A stretch of DNA of 64,000 nt from Chiloscyllium plagiosum (GCF_004010195.1 NC_057712.1:68313872-68377871); one strand, 5' to 3'; shown: positions 26,615 to 39,553, counted from the first letter of the stretch. The notes: generated from the letters alone by a model not told the origin. Program-made: numbers and translations.

Positions 26615-26792
26615 ATGAGTGGAGATTGTCAAGCTCCTGGGAGTGGTCATCCACAACAAGCTTTCTTGGACTCTTCATGTGGATGCACTGGTTACAAAGG
26701 CCCAGCAAAATCTCTTCTTCTTCAGGCAGCTGAGGAAATTTGGCATGACGGCGAATACCATTGCCAACTTTTACAGGCGTGCCATTGAGTCA
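26615..26792 (+). mobile_element. LINE RT C-terminal remnant (Rex1/Babar-like)
   Basis: VKLLGVVIHNKLSWTLHVDALVTKAQQNLFFFRQLRKFG...NFYRRAIES. Confidence 0.6.
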
Positions 26793-26809
26793 TCATTCAG
26801 TTCATTAAG

Positions 26810-28340
26810 AGATAAGAAATAGGAGTGGAAGTAAGTCCATTCGGCCTATCGAACCACTCCACCATTCAGTCATGGCTGATGGGCATTTCAATGCCACTTA
26901 CCTGCACTCTCCCCATATTCCTGAAGAAATATCTCTTCATTTCCGTTCTAAGTTTACCCCCTCTAATTCTAAGGCTGTGCCCATGGGTCCTAGTATTTCC
27001 GCCTAATGGAAACAAATTCTCAGGGGCCACCCTTTCTAAGCCATGCATTATCTTGTAAGTTTCTATTAGATCTCCCCTCAACCTTCTGAACTCTAATGAA
27101 TACAATCCCAGGATCCTCAATCGTTCATTGTGTGTTAGGCCTACCATTCCAGGGATCATCCATGTGAATCTCCACTCGACATGCTCCAGTGCCAGTAAGT
27201 CCTTCCTGAGGTGTGGGGCCCAAAACTGGACACAGTATTCTAAATGGGGCCTAACCAGAGCTTTATAAAGTCTCAGTAGCATATCGTTGCTTTTACATTC
27301 CAACCGTCTTGAGATAAATGACAACATTACATTTGCTTTCTTAACCACAGACTCAATCTGCAAGTCAACATTTAAAGAGTCCTGGACGAGCATTCCCAGA
27401 TCCCTTTGTATTTTGGCTTTATGAATTTTCTCACCATTTAGAAAATAGTCCAAGACTGTATTCTTTTTCCACACTGCAAGACCTCGCATTTGCTCACATT
27501 GAATTTCATCAGCCATTTCCTGCACCACTCTCCTAAACTGTCTAAATCTTTCTGCAGCCTCCCCACCTCCTCAGTACTACCTGCCTGTCCGCCTAACTTC
27601 GTATCATTGGTGAACTTTGCCAGAATGACCCCAGTTCCTTCATCCAGATCATTAATATATAAAGTGAACAGCTGTGGCCCCAACACTGAACCCTGCGGGA
27701 CACCACTTGTCACTAGCTGCCATTCCGAAAAAGAACCTTTCCTCCCAACTCTCTGCCTTCTGTTAGACAGCCAATCCTCAATCCGTGCCAGTAACTCACC
27801 TTGAACACCATGGGTCCTCACCTTACTCAGCAGCCTCCCATGAGGCACCTTATCAAAAGCCTTTAGGAAGTCTAGGTAGATAACATCCACAGGGCTTTCC
27901 TGGTCTAACCTACTTGTTACCTCTTCAAAGAATTCTAACAGGCATGACCTCCCCTTACTAAATCCATGCTGATTTGTTGTAATCCGACCCTCCACTTCCA
28001 AGAATTTAGAAATCTCATCCTTAACGATGGATCTAGAATTTTACCTACAACCAAGGTTAGGCTAATCAGCCTATAATTTTCCATCTTTTGTCTTGATCCT
28101 TTCTTGAACAAGGGGGTTACAACAGCGATTTTCCAATCATCTGGGACTTTCCCTGACTCCTGTGATTTTTGAAAGATTACAACCAACGCCTCCACTATTT
28201 CTTCAGCCACCTCCCTTAGAACTCTGGGATGTAGCCCATCCAGGCCAGGAGATTTATCAATTTTAGACCTTTTAGCTTATCTTTCTAGCATTTTTTCTTT
28301 TGTAATGGTTACCATACTCAACTCTGCCCCTTGACTCTCC
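26810..28340 (-). mobile_element. CR1 LINE ORF2 RT region plus 3' end, truncated
   Basis: ORFs 27935-28210, 27438-28001 and 26866-27528: NYRLISLT, YLDFLKAFDKV, GVPQGSVLGP, LYKALVRPHLEYCVQFW. Confidence 0.92.
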
Positions 28341-28726
28341 TCTCCTGATAAGGTGATGGTGAGCCATCTTCCTAAACTGCTGGAATCAGATGGGTAAGTA
28401 CACCAACAGTGATATTAGGAAAGGAGTAAATGTTTCTTTACTGAATGTCTTTTCAAAGTCTGTAAATAAAGTTCAACATTCTTAACCATCTGTCTCTTCA
28501 AATAACTCACTAAGGTTTGTCAAGCTGTTTGATCCTTATTTTGATTTCATCTTTGACAATAATCCCTGGAAGTTTTCTAATTTGTCTGCAGCCCTACAAG
28601 ATAATAATAATTGCATTTAAAAGTTTTGGGAGGTCCTTCAAGTCATGGCAGGCACTATATAAATGTAAATACTCTAACTAGTTATAAACTTATCTGAATC
28701 TTACTTACCTTTGAGCATAGTTGTGT

Positions 28727-28880
28727 TAGAGTCATAGAGTCACAGACACGTACAGCATGGAAACAGACCCTTCAGTCCAACTTGTCCATGCTGACCAGAT
28801 ATCCCAATTCAATCTACTCCCATCTGCCAGCACCTGGCCCATATCCCTCCAAACTCTTCCTATTCATATACCCTTCCAGA
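28727..28880 (-). mobile_element. CR1 3'-end fragment
   Basis: AGAGTCATAGAGTCACAG tail plus the 3' UTR shared with other copies. Confidence 0.8.
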
Positions 28881-28954
28881 TGCATTTTAATTGTTGCAAG
28901 TTAACTCAAAAGTGAATAGAGCAAAGAGTTTTAGAGTGTTTTACTGAACAAGAT

Positions 28955-29562
28955 TTGGAGATGCCGGTGTTGGACTGGGGTGTATAAAGTTAAAAAATCA
29001 CACAACACCAGGTTATAGTCCAACAGGTTTAATTGGAAGCACACTAGCCTTCAGAGTGACGCTCCTTTATCAGGTGATAGTGGAGGGCTCAATCCTAACA
29101 CAGAATTTATAGCAAAAATTTACAGTGTGATGTAACTGAAATTATACATTGAAAAATTAATTGTCTGTTAAGCCTTTCATCTTTTAGAATACAGTGATAG
29201 TTTCACTTCTTTCATGTGTAAATCACAAAACCTTTTTTTAAAAAAGTTGCATTCTCGGGTTAGCTGTTAACAATGGTGATAGCTAGACAATATGTTGAAG
29301 TGTTGGCCCCCTGTGTTCTCTGTCTATGACCTGATGTTTAGATTGATTCTAATCTAAAAAGTGAGATCACTGTATTTTAACAGATGAAAGGCTTAACAAT
29401 CAAATTTTCAATGTATAATTTCAGTTACATCACACTAAATTTTTGCTATAAATTCTGTTAGGATCGAGCCCTCCACTATCACGTGATGAAGGAGCGTCGC
29501 TCCGAAAGCTAGTGTGCTTCCAATTAAACCTGTTGGACTATAACCTGGTGTTGTGTGATTTT
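28955..29562. mobile_element. Second PLE-type family: inverted pseudo-LTR pair with hammerhead-like cores
   Basis: About 28995-29182 is the reverse complement of about 29383-29562; the right arm has CAC-GTGATGA-A-GGAGC-GTC-GCTCC-GAAA-GCTA-GTG (29480-29514); same family at 47330-47822. Confidence 0.75.
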
Positions 29563-30142
29563 TAGCATTTTTTTTGGTTTCAGTACAGATTCCAGCATCT
29601 GCAGTAATTTGCTCTTGCATTGTTTTTACTGGTGGTGGTTATTGGTTTCTTTTTTTAAAAAAACAGGAACGTCACGATGATTCTGGTGGTGAGAAGGTCA
29701 CTCAATTGTGCGTAATAGCACTTCGGAGTACACAAAAAAAAACGAAACAGTGAATATCTCACCCACAAGTTGGGGGTGACACAGTATCATTTAGTATTAG
29801 TGACATTGATAGATTGCAACAAGTTGCATTATCCGATGGACAGGCGGCGCTCCCACCCTCGGCTCAGCCCTATTGGTGTCCAGATGAAATGTTTCTCCTG
29901 TCGGTTTATGAAACCGTCAATCCTAATGATCCCGGCCGAGTGTGACATGCAGCAGGACGTCCAATAGGGTGTCCAAGTCTGCAGTTTGGTGTGGGCTTTT
30001 AACGAGAAAAACATCCAGAAAAATCTTCATTGCAAGTGAACAGTGTCATGAAAAGCGAATCGACCGCTGTTTGTTATAGGGTCAGAAATGGCTGCGATGA
30101 CCTCCCAGGATTAGGGGATCCTGCTAATGTGCGGGAATAAAA

Positions 30143-30598
30143 ATGGCAGCGAGTGGAGGCAATCGCCAAATGCCAGGACAGGACGGAAATGCAAGCCTGA
30201 GGAAGAAGTGGCAGGAATGGGCCGACGACCACAGACAGTACCAAAGGTCCAATCCTTTCAGCGGCTCCCACGCGGTCACTCTGCGGTTGCAGAGAGGGGA
30301 TGAAGAATACGGGCGTCCCAAAAAGGGATCCAAAACAGACCAGAGAGGTAAAGATGCACATACCCACATCGGGAAAGAAGTCGAAGAGTTGCTTTATGTT
30401 ATTAGAAGGTACGGAGAAGCCGGGCCAGGCGGGAACATCTGCATAACTTTCGGGAGATTGTTTGATGCTTACGTGACAATTTCCAATAAAGTGGTGGGAA
30501 TCCTGCTACGAGCGAGAAAACACGGTCTGGTTCATTTTGAAGGGGAAATGCTTTGGCAAGGAAGAGATGATCGCGCTCTCATCACGCTGCTTGAGTGA
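30143..30598 (+). CDS. ABRA/STARS-like actin-binding Rho-activating protein (C-terminal Costars-domain region only), 151 aa, single ORF
   Basis: KWQEWADDH..Q..NPFS, GDEEYGRPKKGSKT, ITFGRLFDAYVTISNKVVGILLRARKHGLVHFEGEMLWQGRDD match the ABRA C-terminus; aaaATGG Kozak, in-frame upstream TAA at 30125, CpG-rich, AATAAA at 30806-30811. Confidence 0.9.
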   Translation: MAASGGNRQMPGQDGNASLRKKWQEWADDHRQYQRSNPFSGSHAVTLRLQRGDEEYGRPKKGSKTDQRGKDAHTHIGKEVEELLYVIRRYGEAGPGGNICITFGRLFDAYVTISNKVVGILLRARKHGLVHFEGEMLWQGRDDRALITLLE

Positions 30599-31064
30599 AG
30601 ATAGATTTGTGGGAAATTAGACTTTGTGAAGTTGCACTTTTTGATTGTGGTTGCACTGCAGTGAAGCTACACATATTTTAAGCCTTATTTTGAAAAAAAA
30701 ACCTCGACACATCAAAATCTGATTGTATTTAATGACCTGAAATGTGGATTTGTAGCAAAAGAAACAAATATTTTCAACTATGTACAGAATATATGTTCCA
30801 ATGCAAATAAACTAACGCGGATGCTGCTAAGATAGAAATGGAAAATGCTGGAAACACCCAGTGGGTTTGGTAATATCTATGAAAAAGAAACAGTAAATGT
30901 CTCGGGTCAATGACCTTGAAAGTATTGTAAGATTTGCCAAAACCTGCCGGCAGTAATGTATAGAATCAATAAAGGTTTACTGTACCAATAGAGGTCCACT
31001 ATTTTTACAACCAAACAAAGCCATCCTGACTACGTGACAATTTCCAATAAAGTGTGGGAATCCT

Positions 31065-31385
31065 ACTCCTGCATTGGCCTTCCTCTACCAACAAATCAAA
31101 GCCACCCGCCACCTGGAAGAAGAACCTAGGGATCTGAGAATCACATGGCCTCAACATGGACTTCACCAATTCCCCTATCTTCCCAGCCCCCACCTTGTCC
31201 CAACTGGATACTATCCCCTTGACCCATCTGATCTGTCCATCTTCCTTCCCACCTATGTGCTCCACCCTTCCCACCAACCTATCACAATCACCTCCCACCT
31301 ATAGCCATCCTACTCAACTTCACCCCAGCCCCACCCCACCCCCCCTTTATCTCCCCGCCCCCCCCCCCCTCCCCACCCCAAATTC
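31065..31385 (+). mobile_element. Degenerate Neptune-type PLE 3' fragment
   Basis: C-rich 3' region resembling 3950-4100 and 51100-51410. Confidence 0.5.
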
Positions 31386-31387
31386 AA

Positions 31388-31730
31388 CTAGTCCCACTTG
31401 CCTGCATATAGCCTATATCCATCCAAACCTTTCCTATTCATGTTCTTATCCAAATGTCTTTTAAATGTTTTAACTGTTGCATTCACCACTTCCTCTGGCA
31501 GTTCATTCCACACATGGTCCACTCTCTATGTAAAAGAAGGTGCCTCTCATGTCGTTTGTAAAAATTGCTTAATTCACCTTAAAAATATGCCCCTTTGTTT
31601 TGAACTCCCCTACCCAAGGGAAAGTACCCTTGCTAGTCACCTTATCTATGCCCCTCATGATTTTATAAACCTCTGTAAAGTTACAGCTCAACCTCCTACA
31701 CTCCAGTGAAAAAAAAAGTCCCAGCCTATT
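31388..31730 (-). mobile_element. CR1 3' fragment
   Basis: RLGLFFSLECRRL...EVYKIMRGIDKV...KTKGH in the minus ORF. Confidence 0.8.
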
Positions 31731-31757
31731 TGAATCATGTTTACTTATTGAGAGCAA

Positions 31758-32384
31758 ATTGGTCAGAGTGTTGAGTATAGGAGTTGGGAGGTCATGTTGC
31801 AACTGTACAGGACATTGGTTAGGTCAGTGTTGGAATATTGCATGCAATTCTGGTCTCCTACCTATCGGTAAGATATTGTGAAACTTGAAAGGGTTCAGAA
31901 AAGATTTTACAAGGATGTTGCCAGGGTTGGGGGATTTGAGCTATAGGGAGAGGTTGAATAGTCTAGGGCTGTTTTCCTTGGAGCGTCGGAGGCTGAGGGG
32001 TGACCTTATAGAGGTTTATAAAATCATGAGGGGCATGGATAGGATAAAGAGGCAAAGTCTTTTCCCTGGGATGGGGAGTCCAGAACTAGAGGGTATAGGT
32101 ATAGGTTTAGGGTGAGAGGGGAAAGATATATAAAAATCTAAGGGGCAACTTTTTCACTAGAGGGTAGTACATGTATGGAATGAGCTGCCAGAGGATGTGG
32201 TGGAGGCTGGTACAATTGCAACATTTAAAAAGCATCTGGATGGGTATGGGAATAGGAAGGGTTTGGAGTGATGTGGGCCAGGTGCTGGCAGGTGGGACTA
32301 GATTGGTTTGGGAAATCTGGTCGGCAGGACAAGTTGGACCAAAGGGTCTGTTTCCATGCTGTACATCTCTATAACTCTATGACT
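31758..32384 (+). mobile_element. CR1 3' fragment
   Basis: FTRMLPGL...LERRRLRGDLIEVYKIMRG; tail CTCTATAACTCTATGACT. Confidence 0.9.
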
Positions 32385-34029
32385 AAGTAGTTATGAAGGG
32401 ATACTAATGGCCCAGGTTCAAATCGATAACTTTCTGACTTTTGCATTTATATTTTTCCAAAATTTGCAGTCATTTTCACAATATAATGGTAACGACACGA
32501 ACCTTTTCTTACAGAAGGATACAATGTGTGAAGTCCATGAAGGGCTGATTGGACTATTCCTTAAATTTCCATTATTTTAGTTGAGATAGAAATTATTGCA
32601 AAGCTAGAATTATATAATTCCTACAGTGTGGAAGCAGGCCATTCATCCCATCAAGTCCACACTGACCTGAAGAGCAGACCATGCAGACCCACCTGTCCAC
32701 CCCACCCTTTTCCCAGTAACCTTGCATTTTCTGTAGCTGACCCACATAGCCTGCACATCCCTGGACACTTTGGGCAATTTAGCATTGCCAGTCCACCAAA
32801 TCTGCATATCTTTGCACTGCAGAAGGAAATTGGAATGGTAACTGTATGAGGTCTGCTTCAACTGATACCAACACCAAAAGCTGAAAATGTTGAAAACACT
32901 CAATAGGTTGTGCAGCATCTGTGGTGTAAGGGATTCCATTCCTTTCTTCACTAAAATCATTCTTGGACCCCAGAAGTAAAATAAAAAATTACTTGCAACG
33001 TTTTAGGTTAACCTTAAATTTTTCAGTTGATTAAACCAACAAAACCATGATTCAAACCTCTATATGATTTGAATGAACTTAAAATCATTCATATACAGCC
33101 TGATTGTTAATCCCCGAGTCTGAAGATAAGTCCTGATGCTTCAACAGTGTCCTTTCTTGTCAGGTTCCAGTCACACTGTCACACACCCAGGCCTCAGAAC
33201 TATATTCAGTTAACAGCCTGCAGGATCACCTAATCTTCATAACTTTTTATCTTGGAATTTAAATCTTCTGAACTATCGAACTGCAATGTAAGAGACAATT
33301 CCTGCTGTTTATACAGCAGAAAGATGATGTGGCTTCCCTCATGGTGATGGGTGTTTAGCTCACAGCATTGATCATGTATCTTCCATTCTTTCCGGGAATT
33401 GATTGGGATTCATTATTGCAGTTAGTTTATGGAATTGTCCAATTGTTAATGTTGTCCAAACTGATTATGAGTCTCAGTTTCAGTTTACTCATTCCATCTG
33501 TGCATCAAGAGTAACAGCTTCAGTGGAAAGAACAAACAATTTGACATGTCGCATTTGATTCTTTTTGTTTTAATGACCCTGTATCAGAAACAGTTTTTCC
33601 ATGGTAAAAATGCAGGGCTCAGCTGTCCTTTTCACTCAACACATCTTGCATCTAGCAGGAGTAATAGGTCATCATGTCATTTGACAGGTGCATCTTTTCT
33701 GTAATAAATCTCACTCATTAACAATTTATCCTGCATTTGTTGCTCACCTTTGTCATATAGATCACCTTAGAACTGTTTTTTCTTCTATCTCAGATAGATA
33801 AAGCAGTGTTATTCAGTAATAAAAAGTAGTCCTCCAAGTCTAATAAACAGACTGTAGTGGAAACCATACCAAGTTTTAATTCTTCTAACTGACTGCATAG
33901 ACAGACTATATCTAAGCTGAATCAGATACCTGCTTTCTAAAGTGGAAAAGATGAGAAACAAGCAAGGACTCCCTTCTTATACATATCATGTAAAACTGAT
34001 AAAAAAAGAAAAAATATATTTTGCATTAG

Positions 34030-34765
34030 CTTATGTGTACAGGTGTGAGACACAGTGAAAGACAATAGGTGTATAAATCTTTGTTCATTTTCCATCACCA
34101 GGAAGAAAGGAAACAACCGAGTGGCCAGTGACAAGCAGTGCCCTTCTCATCAAAACAAACGTGATGGGGAGGACAGAGATTAAATCAAAATAGAGTTGGA
34201 GAGGGAAATAAAACACTCCAATTCCCTGCAGTGCCCACCTCTCCCCAAAAACCTCTAGGGTATTGGTAGACACCACGTGCTCCTTCTTCAGTGACACCTG
34301 GGCATGTACGTAACCACGGAAGAGGACCAGGCAATCGTCCCCAATGACCCCCTCCACGGCCCACAGCCTGGACCTGTTTATGGCCAGTTTGGCCAGGCCC
34401 AGGAGCAGACCCATGAGCAGGTCCTCTGACCTACCCACCCCTCTCCGCACTGGGTGTCCAAAGATCAGGAGCGTAGGATTCAAGGTGCAACGAAAAACAG
34501 AGAAGGTTTTTAAGAAATTCAAAAAGAGAGCACAAACACCCACACCCCATATATACATGGTGCATGGACTCCATAGCACCACAGGACAAGCAGTTGAGTT
34601 GGGAGTCCGTGAACCACCAAAATCTGTGGTTGCAGGGGACTGCCACGTGTAGCACCCTCCACCCCAGATCCCCAAGAGAGAGGACTCCCATGTAGAGAGC
34701 CCTCCACTGGGGATCCTCACTGCCCAGTGGCAAATGGGCACACCAGGGCATGTCCAGGCGGTGGA
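34030..34765 (-). mobile_element. Tx1-like LINE 3' fragment
   Basis: Same family as 25976-26417; includes the C-terminal zinc-binding motif CLSCGAMESMHHVYMGC. Confidence 0.85.
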
Positions 34766-34899
34766 CCGATGCAAAATATATTGGGGTGTGAAGCCATGGG
34801 AAACTTAAGTGGACAATGAGAATTACGAATAAAGTTTCATTTACCTATTGGAGGTCTTTGTGGAAATATGATATCTGACATAAACTCACATGATAAGTA

Positions 34900-35652
34900 C
34901 ATAGAGTCATAGAGATGTACAGCACGGAAACAGACCCTTCCGTCCAACTCGTCCATGCTGACAAGATATCCCAACCCAATCTAGTCCCACCTACCAGCAC
35001 CCGGCCCATAACCTTCTGAACCCTTCCTATTCATATATCTATCCAGATGCCTTTTAAATGTTGCAATTGTACCAGCCTCCACCACTTCCTCTGGCAGCTC
35101 ATTCCAGACACATACCACCCTCTGCGTGAAAAGGTTTCCCCTTAGGTCTCCTTTAAATCTTTCCCCTCTCCCCCTAAACCTATGCCTTCAATGCTCCAGG
35201 GAAAACCCCAGCCTATTCAAACTCTCCCTACAGCTCAAATCCTCCAACCCTGGCAACATCCTTGTAAATCTTTTCTGAATCCTTTCAAGTTTCACAACAT
35301 CTTTTCGATAGGAAGAAGACCAGAATTGCACGCAATATTCCAACAGTGGCCTAACCAATGTCCTGTACAGCCACAACACGTCCCAACTCCTGTACTCAAT
35401 ACTCTGACCAATAAAGGAAAGCATACCAAACACCTTCTTCACTATCCTATCTATCTGCGACGCCACTTTCAAGGAGCTATGAATCTGCACTCCAAGGTCT
35501 CTTTGTTCAGCAGGACCTTACCATGAAATATATAAGTCCTGTTAAGATTTGCTTTCCCAAAATGCAACACCTCACATTTATCTAAATTAAACTCCATCTG
35601 CCACTTCTCAGCTCATTGGCCCATCTGATCAAGATCTCGTTGTAATCTGAGC
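34900..35652 (-). mobile_element. CR1 3' fragment
   Basis: LYRTLVRPLLEYCVQFW; ATAGAGTCATAGAG tail at the left end. Confidence 0.9.
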
Positions 35653-35959
35653 TTTACGATAAGTGGGCAATGATAAAATTAGAAATGTTACTCTTTGTAG
35701 TTCAAAACAACAATATTTACTTCCATAATGTACATAATTTGAAGTTAATGATAAAACTGGAAGTCAGTTGAAATAATAGGGCTGTGAAGTCCTGTGGGTT
35801 CTGTAGTCTCAGCATAGTTTATGGGGGAATTAGTAGATATAGCACAATTTTTAAAAATCATTTGCAGTATTGGACTTTTTTTATGGTGGTTCCTGGGACC
35901 TCCTTAATCCCTGCTTTCTGTAAAAATTCTATTCCCCCAGTTTCTACATCTCTGTTATG

Positions 35960-37080
35960 TGTATTCTGATGATGCCACTTCCCACAGAGATGTTTTTTGA
36001 CATCCTCTGCCACTGAGGATCTCCCCCACTCTAGTGGACAGGGTCATCAACCTCATCCAATCCCTTTTCTGGCACACCTAATTTCACACCACCTCCCTCC
36101 AAGAACTACAATAGGGTTTCTCTTGCAGTAAGTTTTGCCCCACCAGCATATTCAAAGAATCATTCTCCCCCATTTCCATCACCTTTAGCATGTGCCACCA
36201 TCAAACACATCTTCCCCTCCCTCCCAGAGTTCTGAAGGTATTGTTCTCTGCCATACACTGGTTCATTATTCCATCACTCTTAACATTTCAAGCCCTTCCA
36301 TGGCACCTTCCCATGCAGTTGCAGGAGGTGCAAAGTTGCCTTTTTAACCTCATCACTGTCCAAGATCCCAACGATAACTTTCAGGTGAGATTGTGATTTA
36401 CTTGTGCTTCTTTCTAATGGTCTCCTGCATTCACAGCTCACAATGTGTCTCCTCTATAACACCATAAGACATAGGAGCAGAAATTAGGCCAATCAGCCTA
36501 TAGAGTCTGCTCTGCCATTCAAACATGGCTGATAGTGGAAGTTGAGAAACCTATCTCCCTGTAATCCTTGATAATCAAGAACCTATCTGCCTCAGTCTTA
36601 AATATACTCAATGACCTGGCCTTCACAACCTTGTGTGGCAATGAATTCCAAAGATTCACCACTGTTTGGCTGAATAAGTTTCTCCTTATCTCCATTCTAA
36701 AAGGTGTTCCCTTTACTCTCAAGGCTGTGCCCTCCATCCTAATCTCTCCTACCAATGGAAACATCTTCCCAACATCCACCGTGTCCAGACCATTCAATAT
36801 TCTGTAACAGAATACATTAACAGACCAAACACAGTCTGGGTGACGGTTTGTGGAACATTTCCAGGCAATGCCTAATCGCTCTTTTTCTTCCACTTGCCCC
36901 TCCTCACCTTTACCAACACCACAATACCTATACTATTTCTACCCATTCTCAGTTTCAAAGAAGTTATATTGTGCTTGAAAGGATAACTCTGTTTCTCACT
37001 CCAGATCTTTGATATCTGTTGAGTTTCTCCAGCACTCTTTTTCTTTCCAATCTCTGCCATCTGCAGTATTTTACTTGTTT
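35960..37080 (+). mobile_element. Old Neptune-type PLE remnant interrupted by a CR1 3' fragment (about 36462-36806, minus)
   Basis: GGCACCTTCCCATGC..GCAGGAGGTGCAA at about 36302-36332 parallels 3700-3731; pseudo-LTR-like end near 36960-37075. Confidence 0.55.
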
Positions 37081-37949
37081 TTAAGAGTGTGCTTTCAATG
37101 GAAAAAATACATGCAAAAGCTCAAGTATTTTATCAAACTATGAATTAATCATTTCCTGAGGATTAATCCTTTAATAACATATCATATTCACAGAAAGACT
37201 TTAGTATTACATTTTGCTCAATTTTTTTGTCTTGTGCTCATCAGAACATTTCATAAGAATACCAATTCAAGGGGAAAACCAAAATGTAAACTGCAAAATT
37301 AAAGAAGCACAATCAAAAACTGACAATGTTACAAAACAGTATTTGACATTATTTTTAATTAGCACCTTTTAGCAAAGTTATAGAGATGAACATGTTGTTA
37401 GTGTGGTGGCAGGCCATGAAGAAATTTGAAAGTAGAATGAACATTTTAAAATTTACACAATGTAGGTCCAAGGATTGATTTATAGGTTAATGATCATAAG
37501 AACAATGATGAACAAAATTGATCATTTGTTTTGAGCAGATTATGTATCACGTTAATAAGTAGAATAAAGAATTCAATTTTATACCTCAAATTAAACAAGA
37601 TCTGTAAAAGACACAAAACACAGAAGTAGGAGATGCTGTTCATTATCGTACACTTTTGAATATTGAATGATATAATAAGTGATCATCCAGATATAATGTA
37701 ATGAGGAGTAATGTCTGACAAGCCTGACTTTCCCAGTAGCAGAGAAAATACAAGTTTTGCTTTGGTACCATGCTTTCGTGAGTCTCAACGCATGATCCAG
37801 TAATTCTAGGTCAGGAAAATGGAAAATATGTTTGAACCACACCCAATTCACACCAGCCGAAGGTACTCATACCAGTTTCTGATCTAGCAGATCACTGAGC
37901 ACAGTGGTGCTGTCACATCCCCATGTAGTCTGAGCATCTGACTTTTTCT

Positions 37950-38283
37950 TACAATGTGGAAGAAGGCCATTCGGTTCATCGAGCCCACACTGACTCTGGA
38001 GAGTATCCCACCTAGAATCACCCCTTACTGTATCCCTCTAACTTTGCATTTCCCATGGCTAATCCATCTAACCTACACATACCTGGACACGGAGTAATTT
38101 AGCTCAGCCAATCCATTTAACCTCCACATCTTTGGACTGTGGGAAGAAACAGAAGCACCCAAAGGAAATCCACACAGACACAGGGAGAATGTGTGCAGTT
38201 TGCACAGTCGCCCGCGGCTGGAATCAAACCCAGGTCCCTGTTGTTGTAAGGCCACCATGCTAACCGTTGAGGCACCGTGCCGC
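37950..38283 (-). mobile_element. HE1-like SINE
   Basis: Same head and body as other SINE copies. Confidence 0.75.
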
Positions 38284-39062
38284 TCTAAGTGTGCTTATAC
38301 CAAAATCTAATATTTTGAAATAGAAACCAACTGGGCACAACTGAACACCCTTGTGACCTTAAAGGACAACTTATAAACTGCAAAACTGTACCTCATGAAA
38401 ACATACTTCAGTTTCCAGGTTACACCTCAATGTTGTATTTGCACACTGCTTTTTCACGATACTGTCTAAACATACCAATTCTGCCCAGACTGGTGTCCCA
38501 ACTTTCACTATCCATAAACCTCCACTGCCAACACACTAACTCTCTAAGAGATGTAGGTTGCCAGTGTTTGAGACATTAGGGTAAAATCCAGCATTTCAGA
38601 GGTGCCAAAATCTTATAGTTGTGAGCTGAAAATTAGATTTCAGTGTTAACACATTTAAGAAAATGCAGTACTGTGGATCAGAGAATACTGCATTATAAAA
38701 GCATCAAGTAGCTATGGCACAGAGAACACCAGCAATTCAACTTGTAATGCACTTACAAGCAATGGCTTGGATATTCTGCAGTGAATGTACATTATAATTG
38801 TATAATTATTCTATTTTTATATTCAAATTAATGGACTCTATAACTGTTGTTATGTTAGCACAAACAATTCAACACAAGATGGTGGCACAGTAGCGACTCA
38901 TTTTTACGTTCTATCTGTAAGAACACATTATACATTTTCTGAATGAATTAGTGTGCTCTCATATTCAGTTCCATAAACTGAGAACAAAAATTTGTTACAA
39001 TATCTGAAAACCTAATCCATACCAATGTAGTCATGTACTAATAACTTGCCACATACAAGATA

Positions 39063-39068
39063 TTTATT
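39063..39068 (-). terminator. Candidate polyadenylation signal of HINT3
   Basis: AATAAA on the minus strand about 440 nt after the stop codon in an AT-rich, repeat-free stretch. Confidence 0.4.
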
Positions 39069-39508
39069 GCACATGGAACATTTTCACATACTTAAGGTTT
39101 ACTGTAATGTTGATACAATTAAATATTTAAAATGGTATTTAAGACAAAACTTACATAACAACATTACATAAGTAAAGTTCTTCAGTATTTCCAATTTTAC
39201 ATCTAGCTAAATTTTCTGATTGCGTGCATGCTGACAAGTTTAACAAGTCGTTATTTTTCACTTACACAAGTAAATTTTGCAGTTTTTGTTAAACTGTCCA
39301 GAAAACTGCTACAGATCTTCACTTCCTAAATGAAAAGTTATGAATTTGAAAAAACAGAAACCGAGTAAATGGATTTTTTTTTCAATTCTAATGGGCATAA
39401 ATTAATTCTTGTTCATTAAATCCAGATCAAAGAGCAGCTGCAGTCTTGAAGTCTTCTAGAAGTATCTGCAGTGGAACTCAACTGCATGGATATAGTATCT
39501 TCTATCAT

Positions 39509-39553
39509 TCACTCATCCGGAAGAGACTTTAGATTTTCAATCAATTTGTCAAC
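39509..39553 (-). CDS. HINT3: HINT3 coding exon 5 (terminal)
   Basis: ccctaag|VDKLIENLKSLPDE-TGA; phase 0, fits exon 4. Confidence 0.85.
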   Translation of the reverse strand, partial: VDKLIENLKSLPDE

